NCBI GenBank assembly: GCA_012295275.1
Contig: CM022671.1
Coordinates: 22,382,001-22,446,000 of the forward strand
DNA length: 64,000 bases
From: Chrysomallon squamiferum
Lineage: Eukaryota > Animalia > Mollusca
Reading direction: 5' to 3'
Part shown: piece by piece, positions 1-12,571 of the stretch
Layout of the letters: each line of letters begins with the position of its first letter
How positions within the stretch are numbered: position 1 is the stretch's first letter
The notes under the pieces: generated by a model
Databases searched by the model: none
Told to the model about the DNA's origin: nothing
What the model saw: only the letters and a program-made list of their open reading frames with translations
Translations under genes and position numbers: made by a program

Positions 1-1194
1 TCCTTGTCCTGTGTCCTACAGACGATGTAAGACTATACGAGGACAACGACAGCGACAACGACAACCGAGATGAAGCTGACGGGACAATAGAAAGGTGTTA
101 CTCAAGGCGTCGTCAGTCAGACAGAGAAAATAATACTGACGTCTGGCTGGAATGCCAACGGTAAAATAAATGTTATAATCACGTATATTGAGAATCGCAT
201 GACTAAACGATCACTGAGAGATATTAAGTACATTAACACAGCTTTTCAGATGATGAAATATGATATTAGTTGCATTGCTGTAGTTATGCAACTGCGTTAC
301 TCTAGTTATGCATAGAGCGACATCAAATATCTGAAGCATTTTCCTTCAGCAATATTAAGTATCATGTTTATTACACGAATTCCGAATCTTATATATCAAC
401 GAGTTAAGCAAAAGCTTGAACTTTTGTATTCGGATGGAAAATTTTCTTGTACGGCATTTAATGCTATTTTCCCAAGTGTGATGTCTTTTGCCCTAAAGTC
501 AAAAATCTGAACAGCCCCTGTCATCTTAAACAGACACACATTATGAATATCTTCGGTTTTCAACAAGATGTCAAAAATGTACAAAGATTCACGTCTTCGC
601 GGGGGTATTTAGGCACTGAATAAACAAACACTGATACATTTTGACGTTTCTGTTTTGAAAAATATAAAAAATAATAACCGCAAAAGCCAACAGCCATGAT
701 GACAATAACGACAAAGCGAACTGCAAACACCACGACGACGACACAATATCGGAAAACAGCAGAAAGCGAGACGCAAATACGGGAACAATCTCCATCATGC
801 TGTTCCCGTGTTGTGATTTCCGAGCCGGGGTCTTGTGTCGACAAACAAGCTCGTTACAAAAGGTCTCGGCAGGATCCACCGACTTCCCAGCCCCCTTCTA
901 CAGTTACTACAATACGAGCGTAATTGCGCTCAATACGAAATTTGTTACTTTTCAGACAGGACAACAAAAGTACGTATTGGGGGTTTCCTCGGCGCTGGGG
1001 ACTTCAACTCGCCTGTCACGAACGTCGAGATAAGCGAGGAGACAATCGACTGTCGAGATGTTCCCGTGGTTAAGCGTATCGTTTTACAGTTCCAACAAGT
1101 CTGTCAAAAACTCGTGGATCAAATGGGTGGACGATTTAAACTGTTTGACACGAAAATTGCCCAGTACCGAGTAACACCATTTAGTCTAGATGTT
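1..1194 (-). other. Candidate exon (non-coding/UTR-like) running off the left edge of the window
   Basis: On the minus strand CTTCTTGTTTGTTTTCCCTGCCAG|AAC is a strong 3' splice site (AG at 1196-1195). The 1.2 kb beyond it is complex and microsatellite-free, and all frames close quickly. Being an exon is inference. Confidence 0.25.
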
Positions 1195-1362
1195 CTGGCA
1201 GGGAAAACAAACAAGAAGTAGTAGTATATTCCTAAATATATTTGTGTTCATGTTATTTGTGCTCTGTTTGTTCAGCGAATCTCTCAGTGACTCCATACCT
1301 ATCTTACTACCTCTCTATCTCTCTCTCGCTCTATCTCAATCTCTCTGTTCTCTCCACTCTCT

Positions 1363-1481
<119 letters not shown>

Positions 1482-3231
1482 CTCTCCACTTTCTCAGTTC
1501 TCTCCACCATCTCTTTCTGATCACTCCCTTTCTCTGCTCTTTCTCTCTCTCTTTTTCTCTCTCTCTGTTCTCTCGCCCTCTCCCCTTTATTTCCTTCTCT
1601 CATTCTCATTCATTTTATGTAACTCTCTCTATTTTTATTGCAGTGTACAAAAAGAAGAAAAAGAATAGTTGAAACAAAGAAGAAAAGGTAATGTCTTTAT
1701 CTCAGACAATACACGTCAGTTAAAACAATAGATTATGTTTTTTAAATTGTTATTATTACTATTTATATTCGTATTTAAAAATAAAAATAATTTACACACA
1801 CACACACACACTGAAAGTTTAAGACATCTAGGGTATATTCTTATTCTAAGCAATTCTAAGCAAAGATCTAAGAAGTAAAAAGAAAAAAAAAAATCAAGCA
1901 AATAAAACAGACAACAAAGGGACTACTCAGAGACTAATGATTTTACGATGACAAAAAGATCGGAGACCAAATGGGTGCCGTGCACCCCACGCAAGGTTAT
2001 CCGTTTTCGGTCTATGACGGGTGGCAGGCGGGTCCGCCGCAGAAAAAGCACGGTAAAGCAAAAGACATTCAGAGTTGATTACCGCTCGGAAATCTTCATC
2101 AGGAAAGTCAACAAAATCACGTCAGCTTGTCAGTCATTGTTGTCCTTTTTACCGTTTACCCTCAAGTAAACAGAGTACCATTGTACGGGGCCGATCCGCC
2201 GATCGACGCCAAACAGATTAACTCGTTCTCAAAGGCTTTCTGACAGGCCAGGCGCCAAACGAGCGACTCCGTTTGTTGGTTGGTACCCGCGTTTTGCACG
2301 AGGCTGTTAGCGATCGAACAACTTATATCGTAGATGTTTTTGTTCTCCGACAATGTCGCGTAATCCTTGACACGACCATGCTAACAGTGCTGTACCTGTT
2401 AAGTGCCCAGTACCGTACACTGTTGCACAATGGCTTTTTTTTTTTCTTCTTCTTCTTCTTAGGTAAACACAGAAGGAGAAGCACTTTGGGCTGGCGGCTT
2501 GTCGACTAATCGTTCACAAAGCTAAGACATCAGTTAATTAACACAAGGGGGATAATTCACTGCAATCGGTGAGAATCAAAGCATTTGACACGTTGGTGTT
2601 ATTTTGTCAAGTTTTTCATTAATTTTTTTTTTTTTGTGTGGATTTTTATTATTATTTAAATTTTTCGTTAACTTTCTTTACACCCAGGCCTTTCAATTGC
2701 GTGTTCAAACAACCTGCAGGTCCCCTTTTATGTGTTAAGTAACTGTTGCCTTGATAATTGAGCATAGAAAATAGGTATAGGTAACATTAAAAAAAAAAAG
2801 TAGAATGGCAGGTGAAGTGTAACTACCGTATGTAACAAACTGATAAATTACCAACCAGTAAATATAGAATAAAAAATATAAACAAATGAAAAATATCCCC
2901 TTCAAAAAAAATAAAAAATAAAAAATAAAAAAATAAAAAATAAAAAATAATAATAATAAAAAAATAAAATAAAATAAAAGAAAAAAGTGAAATCAACGAA
3001 TGAACATCGAAGGCATGTTGACACATTCTAATATTTGCTGTGATGCTGATACGAAAGAGGAAAGAGGTTAGCAGTTTGGGATCATTTATATGCACCTACC
3101 CATAGAGGGAAAATAAATATATTTCTGCTACTGTTATTACAGCTGCTATTACAACTGCTTTTACTATTACTACTGCTGATGCAACCACTACGACTACAAA
3201 TACTATTTTATTACTACAAAATAACAGTTCA

Positions 3232-3288
<57 letters not shown>

Positions 3289-3340
3289 CATTGCCATCAT
3301 AATAATAATGATAATGATGATGACAATAATAATAATAACT
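3232..3340 (+). repeat. (AAT)n / (GAT)n microsatellite
   Basis: Directly visible. Confidence 0.95.
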
Positions 3341-3976
3341 CAGTGATACTGATATATATATATATATAACAAATTACACACATTTCCTCTGGCTACACTG
3401 ATTTTTCTGTCGCCGTAACGCTGTCATAACACACCGATTCTCACCAGATTGAGTATCACTGGCACCAGTCAAATCTCGCCGTCGGCAACGAGGCAGGCGG
3501 CAGCGTGGCTTTAGCAAGGTGCATTCCGCAGCGGCGACGTAGACGACTCCGAAGTGACCAGATACGCCGTGAACGACACGGTTTTCACTTGCCGTGGAAG
3601 TCGCTGATTACAGTCAGCGCGAGGCGAATTAAAAAATGTCCCTCACACGCGTCAAGTTTCTAACGGCTTGATGCGTTCGCTGCTAGCCACCCAGGAATGT
3701 CTGAGTGATGAGGTAGGTTCAAGGCTTCCAGACGAGCGGAACGTTGGAGATAGGTAAAACAACGTTGGGAAATGACGTGGTCGTTTCGCCGTTATTGTCG
3801 TATCCAATCGTGACTAACAGCAGGTGACGGCGATGGCATTAGTCTAAAAATGGGGAACAAAATTAAGAACAGAAAATATAAATAAATAAATAAATAAATA
3901 AACAGGAAAAGAAAAAATTAAATAAGAAACAAAGAAACATTATATATTTTAACGTGACTAATCGTTGCATTTGAAT

Positions 3977-4093
3977 GTATATATATGTATATGCATGTGT
4001 GTGTGCGTGCGTGTGTGTATGTATGTATGTATGTATGTATATATATATATATGTGTGTGTGTGTATGTGTATCTGTGTGTCTGTGTGTGTGTG
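3977..4093 (+). repeat. Compound (GT)n/(GTAT)n/(TA)n microsatellite
   Basis: Directly visible. Confidence 0.95.
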
Positions 4094-4509
4094 TTTAGTC
4101 TTAATTCTGCGACTAACATCAACAAAATCAGTGTGACTTTCCACATAAAATTAATATTATAAAATAGGATAATAATATTAAATACAGTACGTATTTACTA
4201 ATATCTGTATCCGCATATATGTAAGCATGTTATGCTAGTCTACTTACTATCTGCGTAACAGTAACAGTAATAGTAATAATAATAATATTGATGATACGGG
4301 AATTAGAAATTCACTAAAATCATATCGGCGCATCTGACCACTGAACTAATGACATATCCCATCTATGACCTTGACTCATCTAAGTTGGTGCTAGGTAACC
4401 CTGTAATTACGGCGCGAGATGGAAACGTAACTGACGCCAACTACTTCCGTTATTGCCGTAGTAGTCGCTGGAAGATGCGACTGATACATTCTGTGCTGCG
4501 CAGTGACAA

Positions 4510-4700
4510 GTATTTCAAAATGGCGTGTTTATCTCGCTGTTAATCAAAGCGAGAATAATACAGTCCGTCTGCCGAGCAGGCGCGACTGCAGTCTGGAAAA
4601 AGCAAAACGATTAGTCACGTGACATTGCTTTTGGCAGCATGGCACTGACTCAGCTGATTGGTGACGTCATCGTTAAAATATATACCTGTAACAGGTAATT
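4510..4700. promoter_or_regulatory. Dense cis-regulatory motif cluster (YY1, E-box/CLEAR, AP-1/ARE, CCAAT, CRE)
   Basis: AAAATGGCG ~4517, GTCACGTGAC 4614-4623, TGACTCAGC 4646-4654, CAGCTG 4651-4656, ATTGG 4657-4661, TGACGTCA 4662-4669, TATATA 4679-4684. The motifs are seen; function is inferred. Confidence 0.5.
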
Positions 4701-6250
4701 CGGTGTGTGAAATTGTTATTAAGATATTAAGATATGCTGATTAGAGGATTCCTTCACGCTGTTCGCTGTAGTAAATAGGATGTAAGTTACAGAAGATGTT
4801 TTGACTTTTATTGTGAACTGTTCAGTTGCATACTCTGTAAATACGAATACACGCATACGCACACACACATAGGCCTATGTGAAGATTATGCAGTTGAACA
4901 GATAACAATAACAAATAAATAAATAAAAATAATATTAAAATAATAATAATAACAATAATAACAATAATAATAATAATAATAGCCACACCTGATTTTTTTT
5001 TTCAAGCAGACGATTGGTTTACAATAAGTGAATAACGTCTTCCTCTTTGTGACCTACTTGACCCTGAAAAAAAAAAATCGCTGCTAACAGTTGCTACCAC
5101 GCATGACCGGATCCGACGAGTCGATTTTCGACGACGGCACACGAACACACACAAAAAAGAAAAGAAAAGAAAAACGAACAGCGCCTGTTGCTACAGACGC
5201 CATCTTTGAGTCGCAGCGTGCTGGTTGGAGCGAGGTCTCTAATTAACTGCGAGATTACAGGCGCTGCACTCGAGCGAGAGATTCGGCTAATATTGTCTGG
5301 AAATCGCCTCGACGTGGACAACGCCCGGCCAAATGAAGCGTGAGCTGTGTGTTGAGTTCAATCAATGAAGATGACAGGGTTCGAAACCAGGACGCGGTGT
5401 TGTTAGAGAGACACGGCCATTTTCACGTGTTTTGATACGTTAGTAGCCAGACTTCAGGTGAAATGACGGTGCTGGCTGGGGGTCGTTGGGGGTGTAACAG
5501 TGACGTTGACGATGATGATGATTATTGTTATTATCACTATTGTCATTTTCTTACAATTTCGAATATGTTACAGAGATGATGATGATGATGATGATAATAA
5601 TATAACAATAATAATAGTTACAGTAATAGTAACAATAATACTAGTTCTTGTAGAAGTAACAGTGGTTATCGCTGTGGTAGTAGTTGTAATTGTCGTAGTA
5701 GCCTGTCTGGTAATAAAGTTTAAACATACACTTGGCGTCTTCTACATCTGTTTCTGTGCAAATTAAAATAATGATTATGATTATGATGATGATGATAATG
5801 AAATAATATAATAATAACATAGTAGTAGTAGTAATAATACTAGTAGAAATAATAAGTTATTAGATAAGAAAGTTGTTTGATTTTAACAAAGTTTCAACAT
5901 AAGGTCTTCTACATGCAAATTTAATAACATTATGATGATGATAAAATGATAACACTAGTAAGAAATGCTGTTATTTGTTCAACAAGACAAAAATAACTTT
6001 ATTATAAAAGTCATATTGTTCTGGTTTTGACGGCTTTGCATATTATGCAATATTTTCTTGTATTTGCAGTGTAACTGAAGTACAACAAAACGTAGAATAT
6101 TTCATTCGGTTAATTTTATTAATTAGTGACAGAGACGCAATAAACTTGATTAAATGTTGACAAACTGAGAAATAAATACATATATATTATACATATAATA
6201 GAAACGAAATACAAAACAACAAAATACTATTAAAATTACTATTACTATTC

Positions 6251-6325
6251 TTTTAAAAATACTTGTATTTAGATGGAATGGATTACGTATATTTAGTTGT
6301 AAAAAGACGCTCACGAAAACTACAA
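6251..6325 (+). repeat. Dispersed ~80-bp repeat, copy 1 (probable TE fragment)
   Basis: TTTTAAAAAT..TATTTAGRTGGARTGGATTACRTRTATTTAGTTGTAAAA(A)GACGCT..CACGAAA aligns colinearly with 17951-18030. Confidence 0.8.
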
Positions 6326-6939
6326 CAAAATAAAAAATAAATTAAAAAAAAAAAAAAAAAAAACTATCGGCACATTCAGTGAATCGATCCATCGATCTTC
6401 GAGGTCTCTTGCGACAGGTAAGACTATCACCTTAAGCTGCGGCGATACTTCACTTTCATTGCTAAACATTAAAAAAAAAAAAAAAAAAAATCATAATAAA
6501 TAATAAAAAAAAAAAAAAAAAAAATCACTATAGTCGTATCAGTAACAGCGATCTCCAGTGTTTAATCTAAAAATAGGTTTATCACTGCCAATAGCCAGAC
6601 TCTGCGGGTGGCTTCAGCCAGCGCCGCCCGCAGCGTGGTTTTATTGCAGAACACATTTTGAAAGGTGTTTTATAAGTGTTGATGATCTTATCTTGCCCAA
6701 CACTTTAAAACGGGGCTTCAGAAGACAAAACATAACAAGCATTTCTACTCTGTCATTTTTTTTAAAAAATTTTTTTTTTTTTTTTTTTTTTCACCTTTAT
6801 TGGGTTAGATTCTTTTTATTATGATGGTCTTGGTTTTTTTTAGGGGACCCCGGTTTTCGGGTGAGTTGCTGGGAATAGTGGAATGCATTTATGAATAGTG
6901 ATTTGATGAAGTTATGAGTTTGTGTCACTTCAGTAGCAG

Positions 6940-6991
<52 letters not shown>

Positions 6992-7359
6992 TGTGTGTAT
7001 ATGTGTAGATCACTAGAGTTAAAAATGAAGGAAGTGAAAGAGAAGAAGAATATAAAAAAAATCACGTAAATTATGATGATGACAAATGAACAATTTCTAG
7101 TTATATTCTGAAATATTATCTGTGTGTGTATGTGTGTATGTTCAAGAGAGAGAAACACTTCGTGTTTTTTTTTTTTTTTTTTTTTAATTCGTCTTTTCAT
7201 TGTGTTTATTTTAATAAATAAATAAGTAAATAAATATATTAAACTTATAATATAAAATCATAACTAAATAAATAAATGAAATGAAATAATTATACAGTAC
7301 GACCATAATCGCCATAGTAATAAATATTCATTGACAGTCACAGTCACAGTCACATAATA

Positions 7360-7402
<43 letters not shown>

Positions 7403-8577
7403 AACAGAAATAAAAATACCAGCGCCTTCTTACTCGGATATAAAACAAATACTGATAGACCTTTAAAAAAAAAAAAGAAATAAAAAAAAGAAGAAGTAGA
7501 ATGTGCAGGCGGCGTGGCATATGAAACAGACACCTGGATTTTTAAAATTTTTCTTTATCAAATAAAAATAATGAAAAAAAAGAAAAAAAAAAAAATTCTT
7601 TTGTTCATTATGTTTACCTCTTCTACACACCTGCTTATAATGGTGGAAAACAATTATTTTTTAACTTCATTTAAAAAAAAAAGAAAAAAGAATTCATTTT
7701 TCTTTTTTCTTTTCACTTGGCTTCTGCACGCGCTCTCTGGAATTAACGACACGTTGTCTTCTGCCGCATGATGTGTGTCTGTTCGTACCTGTTCGCCTGG
7801 AAATGACGTCGTAATTATCATAAAAGTTGATGGTCCTGGTATGCAAGGAAGTCTGGCGGAAGAATAGGGAGTCGGGCGTTCACAGGTAAGGTATAGGTTT
7901 AAATATCCGATCTGGTGAGGCGTGCAACTGATGAAAAGAACGGAGGAAATCTGATGTGTGCAGGAAAAGATGAGAGGGGAAAAAAAAAAAGAAGATGAAG
8001 ATGAAAGATTTTAATTTATACCACGAAGACAAGAGCTCTTCAAAAAAAAAAAAAAAAAAAAATAGGTGGAAAATACGTAAAGAATTTGACAAGATAGATC
8101 TTGAAGATAAATAGTGAAAAAAAAAAAGATAAATGAAAGAAAAATTGGTAGTAGTAGTTATTGATAGTTGCTGTATAGTTGTAGTTATTATACTAGTAAT
8201 AATTGTTGAATTATAAACAGCAGTAATATTAATTACAGTAGTTTTTGTTTCTTCAGTTGTAGTGGTAATAGCAGTAGTTTAAAAAAGATACTAAACAGAG
8301 GTAATATTACTATTAGCAGCAGGTGCAGCAGCAGAAGCAGTGGTAGTAGTAGTAGTAGTAGTAAATCATTTGTATTTGGCCCACGAAGATGAAAAGAAGA
8401 AGAAAAGAAAACATAAAGACATTTATGAACATAAATATATAACATCTAAGATGATCATACCACTTTCTTTTTATTATAATACAGTGACGAAAATATTTAT
8501 TTATGTATTTATTTATTTATTTATCTGCATTATCAGAATTATAACCTTCATTAGCGTCATCGTCAGTGTTGTTGGCT

Positions 8578-8579
<2 letters not shown>

Positions 8580-8669
<90 letters not shown>

Positions 8670-8747
8670 CATCTCTCTTTCTTTGTCTCTCTCTCTATAT
8701 CACACGTTAGTCTGTATTCTTCCCTCACTATTTATCTCTGTCCTCTT

Positions 8748-8783
<36 letters not shown>

Positions 8784-9050
8784 TCCCTCCCTCAATCCCT
8801 CCCTCCCAGCCTCCGCATCTCTCTTTCTTTGTCTCTCTCTCTCTATCACACGTTAGTCTGGGTTCTTCCCTCGCTATTTATCTCTGTCCTCTTTCTCTCT
8901 CTCTCTCTCCCTGTCTCTCTCTCTCCCTCCCTCCCTCCGCATCTCTCTTTCCCTTTCGTCTCTCTCTCTCTCTCTATCTCTCTATCACACGTTAGTCTGT
9001 GTTCTTCCCTCGCTATTTATCTCTGTCCTGTCTCTCTCTCTCTCTCTCAC
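8580..9050 (+). repeat. (CT)n followed by three tandem ~140-bp CT-rich units
   Basis: The core ATCACACGTTAGTCTG..TTCTTCCCTCRCTATTTATCTCTGTCCT recurs at 8699, 8845 and 8984 (spacings 146 and 139). Confidence 0.9.
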
Positions 9051-10189
9051 TCTCGGCACGCGACTGTTTTCACGGAGAGTTCCCACAAAAGATTTAATAT
9101 CTCATTCTCTTCTAATTGTTGCACCCTCACCCACCCAGCGAGCTGTCTTGACACTTTATTTCAATGACATATGTTTTGTATGCAGTCGACGCCCGACTCG
9201 CCAGATCTCTTTTTTTCTTTTCTTTCCTCCCCCCGCATCTATTTTTTAACTATTAAAAAAAAAAAAAAAATATTTTTATTATCCACTGAATCGTGCAAGC
9301 TTTATAAACTGTTTTCTATGTGCACTGCTTAATTTTCTTTAAACGGTTTCTCCCACGCTTCGACGGGTGCCAATCCACCCTTTTCTAATTTCTTTCGCGA
9401 GATGTGCACACGAACATCCCTGGCTATGCGGCAATGTCAGCTTTCTGTAAATATATACCCAGCCCCCCTTTTTCCACTCCCGCCTTGTTTGCGCCCCCGG
9501 GGGGGGGGGGGTTATGTATTTATTTATGCGAAAAAAAGTCGCATTCTGTAAACGGCCCCAGGGTTTGAAGTGAGAGAGAGAAAAAAAAAAAAAAAAAAAA
9601 ATAATAAAAGAAATAAAAACATTATTTAAAAAAATAAAATCACGGGGCTTAAGTTTATTTTATTTTTCTTGAACGAACGACGCGCTCTCGTGTCATGTGA
9701 TACTCTGTAATTATCTTCAGAAAAAAAAAGTAACCACCCCGTTAATTGTAGATCCGTTCATCCGAAAATAACAAAGTGTGTCCAAAGAGAGATCTCTATA
9801 TTTTTTTATTTATTCTTTTTTAAATATTTAAAAGGGACATAATTTTAAGAAAGAAAGAAGAGAAATAAAAAAAAAAAAAAAAAAAAAAAAGGTTAAACCT
9901 TTAAGAAAGAAGGGAGACCGAAAAACGTCTTTTAAGAAAGTTTAGTATATACATCATTCGTGATAATAAAGATTCAGATAGTTTTAAAAAAAATCATAGA
10001 CCTTATATGTAATATATATATATATTGTAATAGAACAAGCATGTGTGCTGGTTTAAACTATATACATTTAAAAAGAAGAAACAAATTATATCAAGAGTCT
10101 TTTCGTATAGCATTATTTTGCGACGTTAATATTTAAATTTGTTAGTAGAATTTGTCTACTTTTGCTGTTACAATAATTTTTTTTTATCA

Positions 10190-10512
10190 TTACAACAACA
10201 ACCACTAACACAACTACAACTCTGTTTCTGTTGTTATTACTACTAACACAACAACGTCTACTAGTACTAGTACTATGAAGGTTACTACTGTTTGTGCTAC
10301 TGCTACTACCATTACTACTGCTTCTGCTGCTGCTGCTGCTACTACTACTACTACTGTTAATAATATTAATTCTACTGTTACTACCTCTGCTACCACAACT
10401 CCTTCTTCTGTTACAACTACTGTTACTGCTACTGTTCGTAGTACCATTATTTTTGTTATTGTCATTCCTGCTGCTGCTGTTGTTGATGATGCCAGTACTG
10501 TTTGTTGTAGCT
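10190..10512 (+). repeat. Cryptic trinucleotide repeat (CTA/CTG/ACA/TTG mix)
   Basis: Directly visible; source of the poly-S/T/L/V ORFs. Confidence 0.85.
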
Positions 10513-11171
10513 GTTAAAACATACATTCATACATTTTTTTTTCCTTTAAACTTAACCAAATGACCTACACCGACAAACATTTTTTTTTTTTTTTTTTTTT
10601 TTAATGTTTTTATTTTTTTTTTTTTAATCTTTTACATAGTCGAGAAAATTAACGCATATTGGCTTTTCCTGTTTTTTATTTTCAAAACAACGTGTTCTCT
10701 TTTACCCAGGCAATTTCACGGCAAGGTGTGGTCATGTACAATACTTTGTACTCTTGAAGTGCCAGCCCTCGGGAAAAACATTTCACGTGGTCATCAACCA
10801 ATGATGAAAACGCCAACCTCTTCCAAAGTCTTAACTTCGTGTTAACTGATTCGCTTTGTCTTAAGAATTGCGTCTTAATTTGTGCTAAGAGTGTTTATTG
10901 GTGCAAAAAGCGTGGGAACAGATAGCATTTTGAGAAAAAAGAAGGTAAAAAAAAAAGCCAGATATGAATATTTCCCTTGTTACAACTGTAAGTGGTGATG
11001 CTTTTCGTTTCCGGGAAGAATTTACTTTAAGGAATATGTTTACCAAAAGTGAATTGCACTGATGGCGCCACATTCGCGCACTGGCCAGGACAGTGTGGCG
11101 AGACAGAGAAAAGCGATTGGTTGCATTTTAACGAGATGCACATTAAAAATGCACCAGATTAACATTTTCGT

Positions 11172-11172
<1 letters not shown>

Positions 11173-11206
<34 letters not shown>

Positions 11207-11300
11207 TAAATATAATAACAAAATGTTATGAATAATAACAACAGGAATAATAGTAACAACAATAATATTATAATAATTAATAATAGTAATAGTAGTAGTC

Positions 11301-11372
<72 letters not shown>

Positions 11373-11382
11373 ATAATAATAA
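11173..11382 (+). repeat. (AAT)n and (TAG)n compound microsatellite
   Basis: Directly visible. Confidence 0.95.
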
Positions 11383-11734
11383 TACCTAAGTAAATACGTA
11401 TATCTACAACAATTTTCAAGACCACGTTAGTTTTGGCTTAAGGAATCGATGTCTAAGGAAAAAAAGTTTTGTGGACCAGAGTTTCCAACAATGAACAATA
11501 GCATTTCTGAGAAAGGATAATAAGATACACATCTTTTCATTTAACTAGATAAACTATCGAAAGCTAAAACACGGCGTCAAGATTTATTTGAATGAATTTT
11601 GTCACGAAGAATTATGAATTATGATTGTTTAAAGATAAGCGGTAAACTTATTAATACAAAATATATAAATAAATAAATAAATAATAATAATAAAATAATA
11701 ATAAATTATAATAATAAATAAATAAATAAATAAG

Positions 11735-11765
<31 letters not shown>

Positions 11766-11999
11766 GTAATAAAAAATAAAAATTAAAACTGTACGTTTAT
11801 ATATTCACATAAATAGACATACACGTGCTCATACATAATTATGTATATATACAAATGCACACACACACACACACACACACACATACATAAAGACACACAT
11901 TAACAAAAATAAATAATTTAAAAATTTATAAAATTTTAATAATCCATTTACATGTTGTTTTTTTAAATTTTCTTTTACATTTCAGGAATATTTTTCTCT

Positions 12000-12057
12000 T
12001 TGTCAGGAACCATTTCTGACAATTCAGATCATACTGCTGATTACGGTATGATCTGAA
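12000..12057. other. Two abutting inverted repeats (10-bp and 14-bp stems)
   Basis: TTGTCAGGAA-CCA-TTTCTGACAA (12000-12022) and TTCAGATCATACTG-CTGATTA-CGGTATGATCTGAA (12023-12057), each with a single G-U pair when read as + strand RNA. Confidence 0.85.
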
Positions 12058-12457
12058 AGGTGAACTATTCATGTGTGTTACATTTTCTTCCTTTAAATCC
12101 GATCTTCATAACTACAGAACATTGTTTCGAGTACCACGAAGATAAGCCCCTTGTGACAAAAGAAATTAAATATTTAACAGTATCTGTAAGAATGAGATGT
12201 TGAAGAAGTAAATCTTTTTTCAGTGTTTTGGGGTTTCACTTTTAAATTTTTGTATTTTCCTTCGTGTTATTTAGTTTTTTATTTTAGCGACTGAGAATAA
12301 TCTTACTGAGGTATTTCATAAAATAAGAGTATGTGAATAAATAAATAAGTAAGTATATAAGTAAGTAAGTAAGTAATTAAGTAAATATATAAATAAATAA
12401 ATAAATAAATAAACAACAAATAAATAAATAAAAGTACAGACACACGTACATACACAC

Positions 12458-12477
12458 GTACATACATACATACATAC

Positions 12478-12508
<31 letters not shown>

Positions 12509-12571
12509 CATACATACATACATACATACATACATACATACATACATACTTACATACATACATACATACAT
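12458..12571 (+). repeat. (TACA)n microsatellite
   Basis: Directly visible. Confidence 0.97.

Noticed and set aside
262-295. Partial matches to known miRNAs (miR-33-like TAGTTGCATTGC here; miR-745-like at ~24050; miR-9-like at ~57069; miR-2-like at ~19733)
   Set aside because: Only 11-12 nt match, most lack the seed, and there is no suitable precursor hairpin.
560-879. Minus-strand ORFs with hydrophobic TM-like stretches
   Set aside because: Short, bounded by nearby upstream stops, non-ATG starts; hydrophobicity derives from GTT/GTC-rich simple sequence.
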